Source of the DNA: a virus
Taxonomy: Duplodnaviria > Caudoviricetes
Length of the DNA: 64,000 nt
IMG/VR virus record: IMGVR_UViG_3300032328_000860
Coordinates: 128,001-192,000 of that record
Strand: one strand, 5' to 3'
In this document: positions 41,849-52,200 of the stretch, one piece after another
How positions within the stretch are numbered: the first letter of the stretch is position 1
Layout: each line of letters opens with the position of its first letter
The notes under the pieces: model-generated
What the model was told of the DNA's origin: nothing
What the model saw: the letters and a program-made list of their open reading frames with translations, nothing else
Databases searched by the model: none
Program-made: the position numbers and the translations under genes

Positions 41849-42676
41849 ATGACTCACGATTTTAATTATGTTTGGGATATGGTTCGTGATCTTAGGGCTA
41901 CGAGTAGCACTATTGACAAGCAAGGAATTATTCTAGACTATTGTGGACACAAAAGTTCCGCAGCATCTTTTACCAAGAAAATTCTTCTCTATACATATCA
42001 TCCTCTATGGCAGTATAATGTTACCAGTGATAATCTGAAAAAAAAGAATTATCTTGTAGCAAGAAAGAACGAGTACAACAATTTTTTTGATTTGCTTGAC
42101 GCTCTAAAGAGTCGTAAAATTACTGGGCATGACGCTATCGCTGCGGTCAATAGTTTTATTGAACATAATGACGAATACGAAGAACTTATCCATTGCATTA
42201 TTGACAAGGATTTGAAAACCCGTGCTGGTGACAAGATTATTAACAAGGCTATTCCTGACCATATTCCAGAATTTAGTGTTGCTTTGGCAGATAAGTACGA
42301 GCCTAAACTTGTAGATTGGAAGGATGAATGGTATGTTTCCCGAAAAATTGATGGTTGTGTTGATTATCATACTCTCGTAGAGTTTGATAATGGAGACATA
42401 CTAAGTATTGGTTTTGTTGTAGAGAATAAAATTAATGGAAATATAAAGTCTTACAACCATAAAACTGGTCAAATTGAGTACAAACCAATTCTAAATCATA
42501 TGCAAAATCTAGAAGATGTTTCTGAAAAGTCCTCAACACAATGGTATGAAATTGTATTAGAAAATGGTCAAAGTTTAAAAATTACAGGAAATGATACTGT
42601 TTATCTACCGGAATTGAAATGTTATCGTAGAGTTGATGAACTTAATGGTGATGAAAAAATTCTATTTCACAAGTAA
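41849..42676 (+). CDS. ATP-dependent DNA ligase N-terminal part fused to split-intein N-fragment (42356-42673)
   Basis: ends ligase at SRKIDG, then intein block A CVDYHTLV and block B LKITGND. Confidence 0.92.
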   Translation: MTHDFNYVWDMVRDLRATSSTIDKQGIILDYCGHKSSAASFTKKILLYTYHPLWQYNVTSDNLKKKNYLVARKNEYNNFFDLLDALKSRKITGHDAIAAVNSFIEHNDEYEELIHCIIDKDLKTRAGDKIINKAIPDHIPEFSVALADKYEPKLVDWKDEWYVSRKIDGCVDYHTLVEFDNGDILSIGFVVENKINGNIKSYNHKTGQIEYKPILNHMQNLEDVSEKSSTQWYEIVLENGQSLKITGNDTVYLPELKCYRRVDELNGDEKILFHK

Positions 42677-42731
42677 TGTCCATCAAATTTTCTGCTTATT
42701 GGTGTAATCTATACCAGATAAGGAGATTATT

Positions 42732-43643
42732 ATGAAATGTAAATATTGTAACAAATTAGGATTTAAAGAATTTAAAAACTTATACGGACATCAAGCAAGG
42801 TGTGACAAATATATAGATTATATTTCTAAATATAGAAATAATATACTTACTAAAAAATATCTAAATTTAAATATTACTAAATTAAATAAACCGTGTTATC
42901 AATTAGAATTAGAATTAAACGATCCGCAGATTAAAACCAAACATATTATTGCTAGATGTAAGGAACTTGGAATAAAAACTCAAACCCTAAAAGAAGCAGC
43001 AAATAATAATAAAACAAAAAAGAAACGAGAAGAATTTAATCTTAAAAAATATGGCTATAAAAATAATTTTCAATCTAAAACAACAAAACAAACACTAAAA
43101 AGAAAATATGGCAAAAATATTACTAATGTTTTTCAATTAGACGAAGTGAAGCAAAAGAGTAAAAAGACATTACGAGATAGGTACGGTATTAGTAATCCTG
43201 TCAATCATCCAAATTTTAGAAGAAATGTTGGTAATATATCTTGGCAACACAAATCTATAGAAACAATTTTAGATAAATATAATATTAAATATGATAGCGA
43301 AAATAAAAATGGGATAGATTTTACTAAATACAACAAAAATTTAAAAAGAATTTATAATCCTAGACCAGATATTATCTTGCATGATTATAAAATAATTATA
43401 GAAATTTATGGAGATTATTATCATGCTAATCCTAAAAAATATAAACCGAATGATGTGCTGGTTACATGGGCTGGAGAAATAAAAGCAAAAGATATATGGA
43501 GTAAAGACAAAGCAAGAGTGCGTCACTTGCAAAGTTTTGGCTACAAGGTATACTGTATCTGGGGATCAGAGATAAGAACCAATAAGAATAAAATAGAGAA
43601 AAAAATATGCAAACTGTTAAAATTAAAAGTATTACAAAAATAG
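42732..43643 (+). CDS. free-standing Vsr/DUF559-like (PD-(D/E)xK) homing endonuclease
   Basis: PDII..IIEIYGDYYH..D..R...L...GY.V..IW. Confidence 0.85.
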   Translation: MKCKYCNKLGFKEFKNLYGHQARCDKYIDYISKYRNNILTKKYLNLNITKLNKPCYQLELELNDPQIKTKHIIARCKELGIKTQTLKEAANNNKTKKKREEFNLKKYGYKNNFQSKTTKQTLKRKYGKNITNVFQLDEVKQKSKKTLRDRYGISNPVNHPNFRRNVGNISWQHKSIETILDKYNIKYDSENKNGIDFTKYNKNLKRIYNPRPDIILHDYKIIIEIYGDYYHANPKKYKPNDVLVTWAGEIKAKDIWSKDKARVRHLQSFGYKVYCIWGSEIRTNKNKIEKKICKLLKLKVLQK

Positions 43644-44524
43644 ATAGTAGGGATAAATACGAACTAGAAGTTGCAGATAATGCTAATTTTTTTGCTAATG
43701 GTATACTCAAACATAATTGTAGATGTATTGGTATTGTTGATAGTAATGGTGATACTACCTTCTATTCCCGCACGGGAAAAGAGTTTGATACTCTTGGCAT
43801 CGTTAGGGATGGTATTAAGGCTCTTAACATTACTGATGTAGTATTTGATGGCGAACTTTGTCTCGTAGATGATGAAGGTAATGAGGATTTTCAAGGAGTA
43901 ATGAAACAACTCAAGAAGAAGGATCACACCATCCCTAATCCATCTTATAAAATTTTTGATATGATTTCTCACGACGAATTTTATAGTAAGAAGGGTGATA
44001 AAAATAAAACTTATACCCATCGCTATAATAACCTACGAGAAGTTATGAAAAATAACTCTTGTGTTTGTCTTAGTGTTCTTGGTCAAGAATTGATTAAAGA
44101 TGATGACCATTTTGCTGAGTGGACGGGGAAAGCCAAGGAATATGGTTGGGAGGGATTGATGCTTCGTGCTAACGAGCCATATAAAGGCAAGCGATCCAAA
44201 GACCTCCTCAAGTTTAAAAGTTTTTGCGATGACGAATATGAAGTTGTAGACGTTGAAATGGGGCCATTTAGATATGTTAAAGATGGTGCAGAATGTGAGG
44301 AGACTATGCTCTCCTGTGTTATGATTAACCATAAAGGATATACTGTTAGGGTTGGTAGTGGTTTCGCTATTGACCAGAGACAAGAATTCTTTCAGAATCC
44401 TAAGAAAATTCTTGGAAAGATTATTCAAGTACAGTATTTTGAAGAGACAAAGAATCAAGAGGGGAAATTAAGTCTTCGTTTTCCGACCTTTAAGTATCTC
44501 TATGGAAAAACAAGAGACATTTAA
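43607..44524 (+). CDS. split-intein C-fragment (43607-43717) fused to DNA ligase C-terminal part
   Basis: YELEVADNANFFANGILKHN/C; then FDGE, IFD, EGLMLR, LLKFK, VGSG, LRFP ligase motifs. Confidence 0.92.
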   Translation: MQTVKIKSITKIDSRDKYELEVADNANFFANGILKHNCRCIGIVDSNGDTTFYSRTGKEFDTLGIVRDGIKALNITDVVFDGELCLVDDEGNEDFQGVMKQLKKKDHTIPNPSYKIFDMISHDEFYSKKGDKNKTYTHRYNNLREVMKNNSCVCLSVLGQELIKDDDHFAEWTGKAKEYGWEGLMLRANEPYKGKRSKDLLKFKSFCDDEYEVVDVEMGPFRYVKDGAECEETMLSCVMINHKGYTVRVGSGFAIDQRQEFFQNPKKILGKIIQVQYFEETKNQEGKLSLRFPTFKYLYGKTRDI

Positions 44525-45159
44525 TCATTTTTCCAATCTAATCTCGCACCCTTTTCTCTATTTTTACTAGATTCTAGAGGTTGAAGATTAGAGTAATGGC
44601 ATAATTCTCTGAGCTTTTTCTGATCTTTGGCAGAGGCTAGTGGTATTATGTGGTCTATCTCCCAGTAAGTCCCATGATTATTCCAAGACATTTTTTCGGT
44701 GAATTGATTTTCTAAATGTTTACGAACTTCTTCAATAGAGCAACCTAAAATATCTCTGCTTTTTTCTGTTTTTCTTATAAATGCTTTACTTATTCTAGAT
44801 CTTAATATATGTTTTAATTTATACAAAGTATCATTTTTCATTCTGTATTGATGTATCTCACTCATTCTTTTTTTTCTTTCTGGTCTTTGACGATATTCTA
44901 TACTTTTTTTGAGTAATTTTGTTTTATTTTTACGATAATATTTCTGCCCCTCCTCTTTTAATTTTTCTGGATAATCTTGTCTCCTTTGTTTAACTCTTTC
45001 TTTTATGTCATCACTATTTTTTTTGTATCTTTTTTGATCTTTAGATTTCTGACATATTTTACAGTATGGATGAAGTCCGTACTTATGGTTTTTACTTTTA
45101 TGAAAATTTTTATTATTAGCAATTTTATATTTACCACATGTACTACATTGTTTTGTCAT
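44521..45159 (-). CDS. HNH-type homing endonuclease
   Basis: WEIDHIIPL..LCHYSNLQPL..N. Confidence 0.9.
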   Translation of the reverse strand: MTKQCSTCGKYKIANNKNFHKSKNHKYGLHPYCKICQKSKDQKRYKKNSDDIKERVKQRRQDYPEKLKEEGQKYYRKNKTKLLKKSIEYRQRPERKKRMSEIHQYRMKNDTLYKLKHILRSRISKAFIRKTEKSRDILGCSIEEVRKHLENQFTEKMSWNNHGTYWEIDHIIPLASAKDQKKLRELCHYSNLQPLESSKNREKGARLDWKND

Positions 45160-45302
45160 ATTAACCCCTCTTTTGATAGACCATATTATGTAATACACCA
45201 AAAAGTTTTAGATTCCTCACACTAAAGAAACGACATTTGACAAGACGATACCAGTAGTGTAGAATTGTAGCATACCTGTTGGAAACAAACATTGGAGAAG
45301 AT

Positions 45303-46001
45303 ATGAGCGGAACAATTGTTGAGAAAAAGCCCATTGTTATGAGTACGAGCAAGGCTGACGAGTTTTTTAAAAACTTTCCCAAGGATAAAGTTGTTGCCTA
45401 TAAAGACTATTGGGAAACTGTTCGCCCAAAGAATAATGATGATATTTTTAGGCGTTATCTTTTTGCTTTCATGAGTGTCCATACTACATGGGAAAGTAAT
45501 GTTAAGGGTTATAATGCTGTTAAAAACTTCGATGAATGGATTGATGACGAAACATCACTTCTTGAAAAAATCAAAAACAGTGGAGTCGGTCTTCATAATA
45601 ATCGTACAGAATATATTTGGAATTTTAAGGATAAGTTTTGGGCCAATCCTAAAGATTATATTATAACCACTAAGAAATATCATGTTAAGAAACGTGATAG
45701 CATCATAAATAAAATTCGCGGATTAGGAGCAGCGAAAATCTCATTCAGTTGCGAGATGCAGAATCCTAATGAATGTAGAGTAGTGTGTTTGGACGTTCAT
45801 TTGCTTAGACTTTATGGTTGCGAGAATCTAAAATATAACAAAAGCCCAAAGGGCATGGCTATGTACAAAAATATCGAAAGGCATTGGAGTATTAACTGCG
45901 GTCGAACAAATGTGCCTTGTTATATCATGAGGTCTTTGTATTGGAATACTTTACAGAATCAAGAGAATTGTCGCTATTGGAGTCATTGTTTAGAATCATA
46001 A
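45303..46001 (+). CDS. HhH-GPD N-glycosylase/AP lyase (8-oxoguanine glycosylase-like)
   Basis: HhH IRGLGAAK and catalytic LDVH. Confidence 0.8.
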   Translation: MSGTIVEKKPIVMSTSKADEFFKNFPKDKVVAYKDYWETVRPKNNDDIFRRYLFAFMSVHTTWESNVKGYNAVKNFDEWIDDETSLLEKIKNSGVGLHNNRTEYIWNFKDKFWANPKDYIITTKKYHVKKRDSIINKIRGLGAAKISFSCEMQNPNECRVVCLDVHLLRLYGCENLKYNKSPKGMAMYKNIERHWSINCGRTNVPCYIMRSLYWNTLQNQENCRYWSHCLES

Positions 46002-47086
46002 AGCTACGCCAAAACTATTATTTTCTTGACAGCCCGACAATCAGACGATATTATACACATAAAAGGGACATTTCTGTATGAGCCAAAACGGAAAAGGATC
46101 AAAACCTCGACCCAAAAGTGTAGATCAAGAAACTTGGGATAAAAACTACGAAAGAATCTTTAAGAAAGAAAAAGATGGGAAGCACAACAAATCTAAAAAC
46201 AAATAAGACTCTTTTTATTCCTTGTGGTTGTCGTAGTGAAATTCTTATGATAGAATATGATCATGAAATGCAAATGGCTGATTTTGCTATTTATGAACAT
46301 CAAGTAGCCTATAAATCAAAGATGTCATTATGGCAGAGATTACGGTACTGTTGGCAGGTTTTATTCCATAAAAAACCGTATGCTGATCAAATAATGCTGG
46401 ATCATAAGCAACTAAGTGATCTTAAAACTTTTTTATCAGGCTTAGATCTACGATCATAGTGGTGTATATTATGGTGAGCCAATCTTCTTTTTTCAAGGAG
46501 GTTTACCTATGGTAGTAAGAAGTATGAACAGTTATGTGGCTGATGAACTTGCTAATAAAGTAAAACACCTACAGATTGCTTTGTCTAAGGCTAATCATAT
46601 TATTTCTATATTAGAGTTTGAAAATCAAAGACTTAAAGACGTTCTTATGGGTTTAGCGTCTGAAAATAATGAAAGCTTAGTTTTAGACAGTGAGGTTATA
46701 AGTGTCTAATCCTCCTAAATGCAGGAGTTCAAACAAAATAACTGTTACTCAAATTGAGGACAATCAGTTTATTATAGAAAGTTTTGACGAAAAAATAAGA
46801 ATTGGTGGTGAAGACGAGTATGCCATTAGTTATTTAGATTTTAACGGCGGCCCATTAATCCATATAGGTAGAGAGTTTTTAGGTAGAGGCTACATTAATA
46901 ATATTGAAATTCTAGATACAGAGAATAAAAATTATTTAATAGCTAAGATCACTCTTGCTAACGCAAAGGATGAATAATGATAGAATTAGATTTAATATCG
47001 TATATAGGATATTATGACACTATGAAAATATATGGTTTTTTTGATTATCAAATAAATGATATTATTAATAATACAACAGTGAAAAT

Positions 47087-47275
47087 ATGAGCAAACTACA
47101 TAAATCTAATAAAGACAGAATGTTGTTTGGTGTTTGTGGAGGATTATCAAAGAGTTTGAGTTTAGATCCTACTATTCTACGCTTAGGATTTGCGCTCGGA
47201 GCTGTTTTTAGCGGCAGTATTCTTTTGTGGATTTATATATTGTTGTCTATGATACTACCCACCCAAGAAGATTAA
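47087..47275 (+). CDS. PspC-domain protein
   Basis: KL.KS..DRML.GVCGGL...LDPTILR; TM helix. Confidence 0.88.
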   Translation: MSKLHKSNKDRMLFGVCGGLSKSLSLDPTILRLGFALGAVFSGSILLWIYILLSMILPTQED

Positions 47276-47345
47276 TTGGCAATTTAATTGCTAGTAATAG
47301 GTGTATACTCTATTATAGAGATCACCTTTGTCAGGGAGGAAAGTA

Positions 47346-47834
47346 ATGTCCTCAAAATATATATTATTAATAGCAGGACTATTAATAGGCTATTATTTCC
47401 TAAATATTAATAGTCTGAAACCATTATCTCCAGAAGTTCCTGCTGTTATTGTTCCTGTGCCTCTCATACCAGAGATTAAACAATATATTTATTATAACAA
47501 CTATAATAAATGCAAAGAATTAGCTTATATACATAATAAAAAAATAGTAATAATATTTGGAGCAGAATGGTGTCCCTATTGTAGAGTCTTAAAAAAAGAT
47601 TTAGATCAACTAGATGTCCTTAAAAAGTACATAGTATGTGTTATTGATATTGATAGTGATGCAAACTCTGACTTAGTTAAAAAATACAGGATTATAGGTT
47701 TGCCAACATCAATTATATTAGACAATAAAGAAAATGAACTATCTAGAAAATCAGGGTATAAAAAAACAGATTATATAGATTGGGTAACTAATGATTTAAT
47801 GGAGAATTATATGTCATGGATAAACAAAAGATAA
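47346..47834 (+). CDS. membrane-anchored thioredoxin-like protein
   Basis: N-terminal TM; FGAEWCPYC; GLPT. Confidence 0.88.
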   Translation: MSSKYILLIAGLLIGYYFLNINSLKPLSPEVPAVIVPVPLIPEIKQYIYYNNYNKCKELAYIHNKKIVIIFGAEWCPYCRVLKKDLDQLDVLKKYIVCVIDIDSDANSDLVKKYRIIGLPTSIILDNKENELSRKSGYKKTDYIDWVTNDLMENYMSWINKR

Positions 47835-48616
47835 TTTCTCTGTTAGTTTTTATATGTTTAATACTTAGTATGCTCCTACCAGTTTATTCTGCTGAAAGAG
47901 CTGTTCCTTTAGGATTACGCCTAATCAAACTTAAAAAGTTTAAGGAACTGCCTCAAATATCTGTATACAATGATGTTATTAGTTATTCTAAAGAAGATCC
48001 ATTTGGAGATCATCATGGCAGAAGTACAAATATACACGAAACAGTGCATGGCATAAATTCTAGTATTAGAAATCAGTATTATAAAAATAATATGAATGGA
48101 TTTTATGCTGGAAATGGTTATGCGATATTGGTAGAAAATCCGAAACTTAAACTAAGACACATTAAACAATATGTTCCTTATTCATTAAGAGGCTATAGAT
48201 TCAAACTATATTTTGAAGAACAATTAGGGCATTGGGACGATACGCCCACATATCATATTGATGAATGGTCGGCATATATAGCCGGTGCTGAATGTGCTGT
48301 GGATGATGCTAAAACAGATATTAAAATAAAAGAAAAAGAAGATAGTGTTTCTGGAGCATTAGAATTTAGTATATATTGTACAGCATTAGCAATGGCTACC
48401 AAAGATGTTGATCCAGAATACTGGGAACAGAATATTCAACTAAAACAAGCTATTAACTATTTTCTTATTAAGGCAGAAAAAGTATTTTTTGAAGGCCAAG
48501 AATTATTTCCATCAGAAAAACAGGAAGTTTTACTAGATAATCTTAGAAATAGCGATGACGCTAAATTTATAAGAAGTTTTTTAATACTTGAGTTTGGGGG
48601 TATTTTTATTGACTAA
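47816..48616 (+). CDS. secreted HExxH metallopeptidase-like protein
   Basis: signal peptide; HETVH; downstream DEW.AY. Confidence 0.55.
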   Translation: MDKQKIISLLVFICLILSMLLPVYSAERAVPLGLRLIKLKKFKELPQISVYNDVISYSKEDPFGDHHGRSTNIHETVHGINSSIRNQYYKNNMNGFYAGNGYAILVENPKLKLRHIKQYVPYSLRGYRFKLYFEEQLGHWDDTPTYHIDEWSAYIAGAECAVDDAKTDIKIKEKEDSVSGALEFSIYCTALAMATKDVDPEYWEQNIQLKQAINYFLIKAEKVFFEGQELFPSEKQEVLLDNLRNSDDAKFIRSFLILEFGGIFID

Positions 48617-48913
48617 ATTACATTTACCAAAAACTTCTGGACTTTGGAAAAATCATCAATGCTGTGTATGGAATGAACGATATATTGCATTGGTGCATAT
48701 GCTTGCCTGAGACAGGATTTAAAATTCTTGATGCGGTGGTTGTATCGTCTTTAAAAATGACTCTTAGGGCGAGATACGTTGATCAAAAAAAAATCAAGTC
48801 GGACAGTTGACAAAGACGATACTAGGTTGTAGAATGAGATAGTTGGTCGCGGGTTTCGGTTGTGTAACTGAGCGTGGCCGACAAATTGATTTATAAGTTT
48901 TGGAGGTTGATTT

Positions 48914-49195
48914 ATGGCTGAAGTTACTACTATTGATAAGCAGACCAGAGTGCGTTGCTCTGACGAGCAGTTTCTTGAGGCAGTTTTTTCTAGCAAGACA
49001 TATGCTGAAATTGCTTCTAAGACTGGTCAAAAGATTGCTAGTACAATGGCTCGTTATGCTCGCACTAAGGCCGCATTGTCTAAGAAGGGTATTGAACTGC
49101 CCTCTATGGAACGTGCGAAGCCCATTAAGACGGTTGATAATGTTGAGGCTATGGCCGACATTGTTCGTCGCCTCAAGGCTCACAGCAACGGTTGA
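48914..49195 (+). CDS. putative HTH DNA-binding protein
   Basis: TYAEIASKTG helix-turn-helix-like; GGAGG RBS; promoter 48807-48835. Confidence 0.55.
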   Translation: MAEVTTIDKQTRVRCSDEQFLEAVFSSKTYAEIASKTGQKIASTMARYARTKAALSKKGIELPSMERAKPIKTVDNVEAMADIVRRLKAHSNG

Positions 49196-49299
49196 TTTTT
49201 GTAAATTTCAACTTATAATAAACTCTGACTACACAGATATGATAGAGACACAACATTAGTCAACCTCAAATCAGTGGTTTGTGTAGTCAGGGTTATTAT

Positions 49300-49383
49300 G
49301 GCCTCTTGGCGTAATCGGCAGCCGCAACGGACTTAAAATCCGTTGGGAGAAATCCCGTGTGGGTTCAAGTCCCACAGAGGCCA
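49300..49383 (+). tRNA. tRNA-Leu(TAA)
   Basis: GGCCTCT/AGAGGCC; ACGGA-CTTAAAA-TCCGT; long variable arm. Confidence 0.94.
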
Positions 49384-49455
49384 CTGTAGTATAAAAAGCA
49401 GAGAATAAATTTTCTTGGTGTATTCTAAATTAGACTACACATAAGGAGATTTATA

Positions 49456-49926
49456 ATGAAAAAATGTCGAAAATGTCAGAAAGAATTTGCCAATAGGATA
49501 AAGATTAATGGTTCGATAAAAGTCTTGAATAGACGCAAATATTGTTTAGATTGTTCTCCTTTTGGTCAAAGAAATACTAAGAAATTACATCTTCCACAAA
49601 GAGATGAGAATACTACTAAACAATGTCCTCAATGCAATAAAGACTTTAAATGGAATAAAAACAATGTTTGTTGGACTTGTAGATCTTTTAATAGACGAAA
49701 AGCAAATAGACAAAAAGGAATTAAATATTTAGGATCAAAGTGTCGGTGCTGTAAAATTAAAGATATTGAGGTGTTGACATTTCATCATATAGACAGAGAT
49801 GATAAGTATGATAATTTGTCGAGCCTATGGCATAGTCAATGGGATATTATTCAAACAGAGTTAGATAAGTGCGAATTGTTATGTGCTAATTGTCATATGA
49901 AATTACATCGAAAGGAAAATTTATGA
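49456..49926 (+). CDS. HNH endonuclease
   Basis: LTFHH.D...K ... ELDKCELLCANCH...H. Confidence 0.88.
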   Translation: MKKCRKCQKEFANRIKINGSIKVLNRRKYCLDCSPFGQRNTKKLHLPQRDENTTKQCPQCNKDFKWNKNNVCWTCRSFNRRKANRQKGIKYLGSKCRCCKIKDIEVLTFHHIDRDDKYDNLSSLWHSQWDIIQTELDKCELLCANCHMKLHRKENL

Positions 49927-50667
49927 GCAAAAATGTTCTAGAACTATACAAGATCGGAAGCAGGGTTAAGTTGACAGAAGATGTTTTTGGTACAATTATT
50001 AGTATCACTATTCATGGCAATAACAATATTACATATGAGTGTGGTTGGTGGAATGGTCGTTCATATTCGACACAATCTTTTGCCCCTAACGAAATTGAAG
50101 TAACTCTTGCAGACAAAATGAGAATCGGTTTTGCTTGAAGATTTATCTTGGAAATATGAGACTCGTTTAACTTTGATAGGACTAAGTACTCTTATGGATA
50201 AAGTTGCTGATCCTTTAGATGCCATTATCGATTTTGCTTGGGCGGCTGGCGCTGATCGTTTTTGGGTAAATAATGCTAAAGATGAACTTAAAAGACTAAA
50301 ATCAAAAATAAAGGAAAATACCAACAAACAGGAAAATACAGATGGTGAGCATACCTAATAGGTTTTATCGTGGAATTGTTCATAGTCCTAAAAATCAAAA
50401 GCATCCTAATTTTAGATTCTTAATCGTAGACACTGTCTATGAGAAACAGAATGAAAATGGAGAATATTATATTGATTCCTTCAATAGCCGTGAAGATTTT
50501 CTCCTGCACAATCCAGATCAGGGGGACTCTTTTTATGGGGTATATGGTTCTTATTGGATAGATATTCCAAAAAGCTGTTTAAAGATTACAGAAACCAATA
50601 ACTTAAATGCAGCAATTCTTATTGCTGAATCAATTATGGGCAATACTATTATAGATACTACCTTCTA

Positions 50668-51204
50668 ATGATTAATACACAATACAAGATTGATTGTAGT
50701 GATTGGTTTGATGAGGGTGGATATTGTCAAGTATATCCTATAAAGGGAAAGTCAAACTGGATATTCAAAGAATTTCATACCAAGAAGAAAGCCAGAGGCT
50801 CATATAATTATCATAAACAATTAGTCAAATTTGATTTAGCCCCTAAAATCTATAGCAGTATTTGTAGATTAAAATTTGCTGACTATGGAGATATTTGTTT
50901 TGACCATACTAGTGATTGGGGCTATATTACAGAATATGCTAAGACTCACGAAGCCAATACTATTATAACGATGAAAGATATACAAAATCTGGTTGATGAA
51001 ATTTATCAAAAAACTGGACTAAAATTTTGGGATTGTCATTGGTATAATGTGGGTATTGTAAAAAGAAAAAATAAAAACAAAATTGTTTGTATTGATACTG
51101 GTGAAGAAAGTTTTCAAAGCATTAATAATTCTTGGAGATTTGCTGAACCTGGGCCAAAATGTAATTATTGTGATCAATATCAGTGTAAATGTACAGAGGA
51201 TTAA
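50668..51204 (+). CDS. minimal protein-kinase-like protein (paralog of 4209..4820)
   Basis: EGGYCQVY, FKEF, LAP, SDWGYITE, DCHWYN, IDTG. Confidence 0.65.
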   Translation: MINTQYKIDCSDWFDEGGYCQVYPIKGKSNWIFKEFHTKKKARGSYNYHKQLVKFDLAPKIYSSICRLKFADYGDICFDHTSDWGYITEYAKTHEANTIITMKDIQNLVDEIYQKTGLKFWDCHWYNVGIVKRKNKNKIVCIDTGEESFQSINNSWRFAEPGPKCNYCDQYQCKCTED

Positions 51205-51206
51205 TT

Positions 51207-51554
51207 ATGCCATATATTAAAGAAGAGAATAGAATTAGTCTAGACGATTGTATAGATCATATGGTTATTTGTTTGAAAAATAGCGCTTTTAGAACATCAT
51301 TTGATCCAGATAAAACGAATTATCTAAAAAAGGAACTGAACAATGAAGATTTTCTAGCAATAGTTGGCGATATAAATTACTGTTTTTCTCGCATAATTAC
51401 AGGTACTATGGGTGATGTTTCTTACCCTAAAATTGCTGTCATTACTGGTGTATTAGAGAATATTAAGCAAGAGTTTTATCGTCGTGCTGCTACTCCTTTT
51501 GAAGATTTAAAAATTAAACAGAATGGTGATATTAAGGAATATAAAAAATACTAA
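51207..51554 (+). CDS. conserved phage protein (DUF6899-like)
   Basis: MPYIK..G..NY..GVLE.IKQEFYRR..P.ED.K...NGD. Confidence 0.65.
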   Translation: MPYIKEENRISLDDCIDHMVICLKNSAFRTSFDPDKTNYLKKELNNEDFLAIVGDINYCFSRIITGTMGDVSYPKIAVITGVLENIKQEFYRRAATPFEDLKIKQNGDIKEYKKY

Positions 51555-52200
51555 AATAAAGAGAATAACAATGTCAAGAGATTTTGATAATATAGCTAAA
51601 GAAGTTATAAAAAATAATAAAGAAATTCATAAGGTAGATGATAAATTATCTAAAGAATTATTTCTTATTGATAAAGATATACAAAATTTAAAAAAAGATC
51701 TAAAAGCCATAGGCACTAAAGTAGATACTATCTTAGATCTATTGAATACTCTTATTATAGTTATGGAAGATGCAGAAGATATTGTTGCAGAAGATGATGA
51801 TGGTGAGGATTTTGAATCCAATGAGGGATGGTTGCCAGAGCTTAATAAGTGGGAAAACGAACAAGATGATGAGGATGAGGATTAATGGCCGGGTTAGCTC
51901 TAATAGTATCAATAATTTTTTTATCTGTACTAATCATAGGGCCATTAAGTTATATCTTATCTTTGTTTGATTGGATGCCAAAGTTTTTTATATGGATTAT
52001 GGGATTGCTTTGCATACTGGTAGGAGGTCTTACATTCGCTTTGCCAGTGGTCTTTTTAAAAGTTTTGGGTCTGATAGACATAGCCATCGGGTTTAAAATA
52101 ATCTCAGACAGACAACAAAAGAAAAGTGGTGCTTGACAAGACAGTTTGCCGATGGTATACTTGAGCCATCACAGGAACGATAAAACATTGGAGAACAAAG

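Noticed and set aside
42356-43717. Group I intron or frameshifted contiguous intein in the ligase
   Set aside because: Protein-level intein termini are present, the N-half has its own stop, and the endonuclease has a separate RBS; no intron core is evident.
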